DNA of 64,000 nucleotides from Escherichia coli. Its GTDB lineage: Bacteria > Pseudomonadota > Gammaproteobacteria > Enterobacterales > Enterobacteriaceae. The DNA lies in the NCBI RefSeq assembly GCF_017348835.2, contig NZ_CP071375.1; one strand, written 5' to 3'. Positions 60,259 to 64,000 of this stretch are shown here, piece after piece. Both the position numbers and the translations under genes were made by a program. Every line of letters begins with the position of its first letter. Positions within the stretch are counted from its first letter, which is position 1. Below the pieces are notes generated by a model that did no database searches, had not been told where the DNA came from, and worked only from the letters and a program-made list of their open reading frames with translations.

Positions 60259-61247
60259 TTTTTGCGAGACTCCTGAATTAACAAGACGATAAGGTAAATA
60301 CCGCCGAGGCTGACGGTAACGACGCCAACCGGAAGTTGATACGGCATAAACAGTTGTTGGGCGCAGAGATCGGCCGCCAGCAGTAACAGCGCCCCGCACA
60401 GCGCCGCCTGGGTTAGCCCCCAGCGAGCGGTGCCGCTAATGCGTCGGGCAATGTGCGGCGCGACTAAAGCAATAAAGGAAATCGGCCCGGCAAGCGCCGT
60501 TGCCGCAGCGGTAAGCACCACTGCAACCAGCATCATTAACAGACGCGAACGTTCGACGCTGACGCCCAGCGCGCAGGCGGTATCATCGCCCATCTCCAGC
60601 AAGCGCATTCGCCGCACCAGCAAGGTGGCGGCAATGAGCATCAATATAATGATGGGTGCGGAAGGCGAGGTTTTTGCCCACGTCAGGCCGTTGAGCGATC
60701 CGGCATTCCACAAACCCGCTGTTAGCGCCGTTTCTAAAGACGCTTTCAGCAACAGCCAGGTATTAAAGGCCACCAGCATGGCGCGAACACCGATACCGAT
60801 AATAATCAACCGAAAGGTGTCGATGCCGTTACGCCAGGCGAGCAGCCAGACCAGAAGCGAAGTGACAATGCCGCCCACCATTGCTGACAGCGCGATAGCC
60901 GTCAGGTCCTGACCAAACAGCACCATCGCCACCAGCACGCCGCTCCACGCCCCGGTGTTAAAGCCCATTACGTCAGGGCTGCCGAGCGGGTTACGCATCA
61001 GCGACTGAAAAATCGCGCCGCTGACGCCCAGCGCCGCGCCAATCAACAACGCCATCAGCACGCGTGGTAAACGCCATTCGGTGACCACCATCGTCATACT
61101 GCGCGGCGCATCGCCCATCAACGCGGCGAATACCTGCGAGGTTTCCAGCGTGACGGCACCGCTGCGTAATCCCCAGATACCTGCAACCACACAGGCGGAA
61201 ATCAGCAGCAAACAGGTGATGAGTAATCGGCGAGAGACGTAAATCAT
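60255..61247 (-). CDS. fepG: Ferric enterobactin ABC transporter permease FepG
   Basis: 330 aa polytopic. Confidence 0.95.
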   Translation of the reverse strand: MIYVSRRLLITCLLLISACVVAGIWGLRSGAVTLETSQVFAALMGDAPRSMTMVVTEWRLPRVLMALLIGAALGVSGAIFQSLMRNPLGSPDVMGFNTGAWSGVLVAMVLFGQDLTAIALSAMVGGIVTSLLVWLLAWRNGIDTFRLIIIGIGVRAMLVAFNTWLLLKASLETALTAGLWNAGSLNGLTWAKTSPSAPIIILMLIAATLLVRRMRLLEMGDDTACALGVSVERSRLLMMLVAVVLTAAATALAGPISFIALVAPHIARRISGTARWGLTQAALCGALLLLAADLCAQQLFMPYQLPVGVVTVSLGGIYLIVLLIQESRKK

Positions 61248-62248
61248 GCACCACCTCGCGTTTTACGTCGCACGAGGAAGATTAGCACCGGTGCACCAAT
61301 AAACGCACTGACCACAGAAACGCGCAACTCGCCGGGCACAATCACCCGCCCGATGATATCGGCAAACAGCAGCAGGGCAGGGGTGGCGAGTAGCGTGACG
61401 GGCAGCGACCAGCGATGATCGGCACCTACCAGCCAGCGCGCCATGTGCGGCATCATCAGGCCAATAAAGGCAATCGGGCCAACTACCGCCGTCGCACTAC
61501 CACAAAGCACGGTAATCGCCAGCAGACCAATCAACTGTGTGCGCGCCACGCGACTGCCCAGCGCCGTCGCGGTGTCGCTGCCAAGGCTTAAACTGTTCAG
61601 CGCGCGACTCAGTAATAGCGCAGTTGCTCCGGCGATCAGCACCGGGATCAGCACCACTTTTAAGGTGTGCAGATTACGAATATCCAGCGAACCGGCTTGC
61701 CAGAAACGCAGTTGATCGTAGACGTCAGGATTAAGCAGGGCGATGCCGCTGGTCAGCCCTTCCAGCACCGCCGCCAGCGCTACGCCCGCCAGGGTTAAAC
61801 GCACCGGACTTAACTGCCCGCCGCCCTGGCTGCCGGTAAAGGCAACAATCAACGAGGCCACCAGCGCCCCGGCGAAGGCCATCGCCAGTTGTTCCTGTGC
61901 GGAAGAGTAACCAAACAGCGCCGCACCCAGCACAATGGCAAAGCTGGCTCCGGCGTTCACGCCAAGCAAGCCGGGGTCGGCAAGTGGGTTTCGGGTGAGG
62001 GTTTGCATTAACGCCCCGGCAAGCCCAAGCGCACCGCCTGCAAGTAAACCGGCAAGGGTGCGCGGCAGTCGCGCGTCAAGCACGATGGTGCAGTCGGCGC
62101 TCTGGCAGGTGCCGGAGAGGGCCTCCAGCACTACGGAAGCGGGGAGTGATTTTGCCCCAATGAGCAGGCTTAATGCCGTCGCGATAATCAGTAATAACAG
62201 CAATCCGGGCACGGCAATGGCGCGTGTCACGGCAACAGAACCAGACAT
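61244..62248 (-). CDS. fepD: Ferric enterobactin ABC transporter permease FepD
   Basis: 334 aa from MSGSVAVTRA; the track ORF starts 4 codons upstream. Confidence 0.93.
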   Translation of the reverse strand: MSGSVAVTRAIAVPGLLLLLIIATALSLLIGAKSLPASVVLEALSGTCQSADCTIVLDARLPRTLAGLLAGGALGLAGALMQTLTRNPLADPGLLGVNAGASFAIVLGAALFGYSSAQEQLAMAFAGALVASLIVAFTGSQGGGQLSPVRLTLAGVALAAVLEGLTSGIALLNPDVYDQLRFWQAGSLDIRNLHTLKVVLIPVLIAGATALLLSRALNSLSLGSDTATALGSRVARTQLIGLLAITVLCGSATAVVGPIAFIGLMMPHMARWLVGADHRWSLPVTLLATPALLLFADIIGRVIVPGELRVSVVSAFIGAPVLIFLVRRKTRGGA

Positions 62249-62260
62249 ACGAACTTCCAT

Positions 62261-62285
62261 GATAATGAAATTAATTATCGTTATC
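62261..62285. promoter_or_regulatory. Fur box in the fepD-entS divergent promoter
   Basis: gataatgaaattaattatcgttatc. Confidence 0.75.
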
Positions 62286-62358
62286 GATCTTATTTGGATA
62301 TGTTAGCATGTGCAGCCTAAGAATAGGTATTTAAAATATTTGATGGCAAGGCATTGTA

Positions 62359-63609
62359 ATGAATAAACAATCCTGGCTGCTTAACCTCAGCCTGTTGAAA
62401 ACGCACCCGGCGTTTCGCGCAGTATTCCTCGCTCGTTTCATCTCTATTGTTTCTCTGGGTTTGCTCGGCGTCGCGGTGCCGGTGCAGATCCAGATGATGA
62501 CGCATTCTACCTGGCAGGTGGGGCTTTCGGTGACGCTGACCGGCGGCGCGATGTTTGTTGGCCTGATGGTCGGCGGTGTGCTGGCGGATCGCTATGAGCG
62601 CAAAAAAGTGATTTTGCTGGCGCGCGGCACCTGTGGCATTGGCTTCATTGGACTGTGCCTGAATGCGCTGTTGCCGGAGCCGTCATTGCTGGCAATCTAT
62701 TTACTTGGTTTATGGGATGGTTTTTTCGCATCGCTTGGCGTTACGGCGCTACTGGCGGCGACACCAGCACTGGTAGGGCGTGAAAACTTAATGCAGGCCG
62801 GGGCGATCACCATGTTGACCGTGCGTCTGGGGTCGGTGATTTCGCCCATGATTGGCGGTTTACTGCTGGCGACTGGCGGCGTGGCCTGGAACTACGGGCT
62901 GGCGGCGGCGGGCACGTTTATTACCTTGCTACCGTTGTTAAGCCTTCCGGCACTGCCACCGCCACCGCAGCCGCGTGAGCATCCGTTGAAATCATTACTG
63001 GCAGGATTTCGTTTTCTGCTCGCCAGCCCGCTGGTAGGAGGGATTGCGCTGCTGGGTGGTTTATTGACGATGGCGAGCGCGGTGCGGGTACTGTATCCGG
63101 CGCTGGCTGACAACTGGCAGATGTCAGCGGCACAGATTGGTTTTCTCTACGCGGCGATCCCGCTCGGCGCGGCTATTGGTGCGTTAACCAGCGGGAAGCT
63201 GGCACATAGTGCACGACCAGGGTTATTGATGCTGCTCTCCACGCTGGGATCGTTCCTCGCCATTGGTCTGTTTGGCCTGATGCCGATGTGGATTTTAGGC
63301 GTGGTTTGTCTGGCGCTGTTCGGCTGGCTGAGCGCGGTCAGCTCGTTGCTGCAATACACAATGCTGCAAACGCAAACCCCGGAAGCGATGTTAGGGCGGA
63401 TTAACGGTTTGTGGACGGCACAAAACGTGACGGGCGATGCCATAGGCGCGGCGCTGCTGGGCGGTTTGGGAGCGATGATGACACCGGTTGCTTCCGCAAG
63501 CGCGAGCGGTTTTGGTTTGTTGATTATCGGCGTGTTGTTATTGCTGGTGCTGGTGGAGTTACGGCGTTTTCGCCAGACGCCGCCGCAGGTGACAGCGTCC
63601 GACAGTTAA
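62359..63609 (+). CDS. entS: Enterobactin exporter EntS (MFS)
   Basis: 416 aa from [23 protein letters not shown]. Confidence 0.95.
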
Positions 63610-63612
63610 TGC

Positions 63613-64000
63613 TTAAAACAGCGCCTTAAGCCTATCCAGCACTTGCATGGCGCTGTAGTAATCCAGACGGAATGTCTCGGTTCCCAGCGCATAAACCTGC
63701 TTGTTTTGTACTGCAGGTAGATGCGCGAGCAGCGGATTAGCATAAATAGCATCGGCGTCTTTCTGATCACCGGCGAACAGGAATAGCGATTCACCGTTTA
63801 ACCCAGCAGCCAGATTTTCCCCACCAAGCTGAATGATGTCATGGCGTTTACCCTGGCTTTGGCTGGCATTTAACCCTGCGGGTAACTTCGCCAGCGTAAA
63901 GCCGAGTTGTTCCAGCATCTGCCCTTGTGCTGATTCCGGCGTCCAGAGATTGGCACTGTGTGCAGCGGCAGTATAGACAATGGCAGTGACCGGCTGCGGC
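63613..64000 (-). CDS. fepB: Periplasmic ferric enterobactin binding protein FepB, 3' part only (5' end beyond window)
   Basis: Minus-strand frame ends ...[19 protein letters not shown] and stays open to the window edge. Confidence 0.85.

Overview
Escherichia coli-type chromosomal segment. Positions 1-26336 are the right arm of a lambda-like prophage: terminase large subunit (5'-truncated by the window), the head and tail genes W through J in lambda order, lom, stf, tfa, then cargo (SAM methyltransferase, tfa remnant, low-GC secreted alpha/beta hydrolase, ompT), ending at an attR that duplicates the 3' 45 nt of tRNA-Arg. To the right is core chromosome: envY split by an IS629-type insertion, the nfrB-nfrA-ybcH operon, cusRS/cusCFBA, pheP, ybdG, nfsB, ybdF, ybdJ, ybdK, hokE, and the enterobactin locus entD-fepA-fes-ybdZ-entF-fepE-fepCGD-entS-fepB (fepB runs off the window). 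No CRISPR array, rRNA or intact tRNA was seen. I did not find a convincing new multi-gene system; the least explained elements are the low-GC hydrolase and the methyltransferase cassette at the prophage end. All homology calls are from reading the translations and remembered family motifs, not from database searches.
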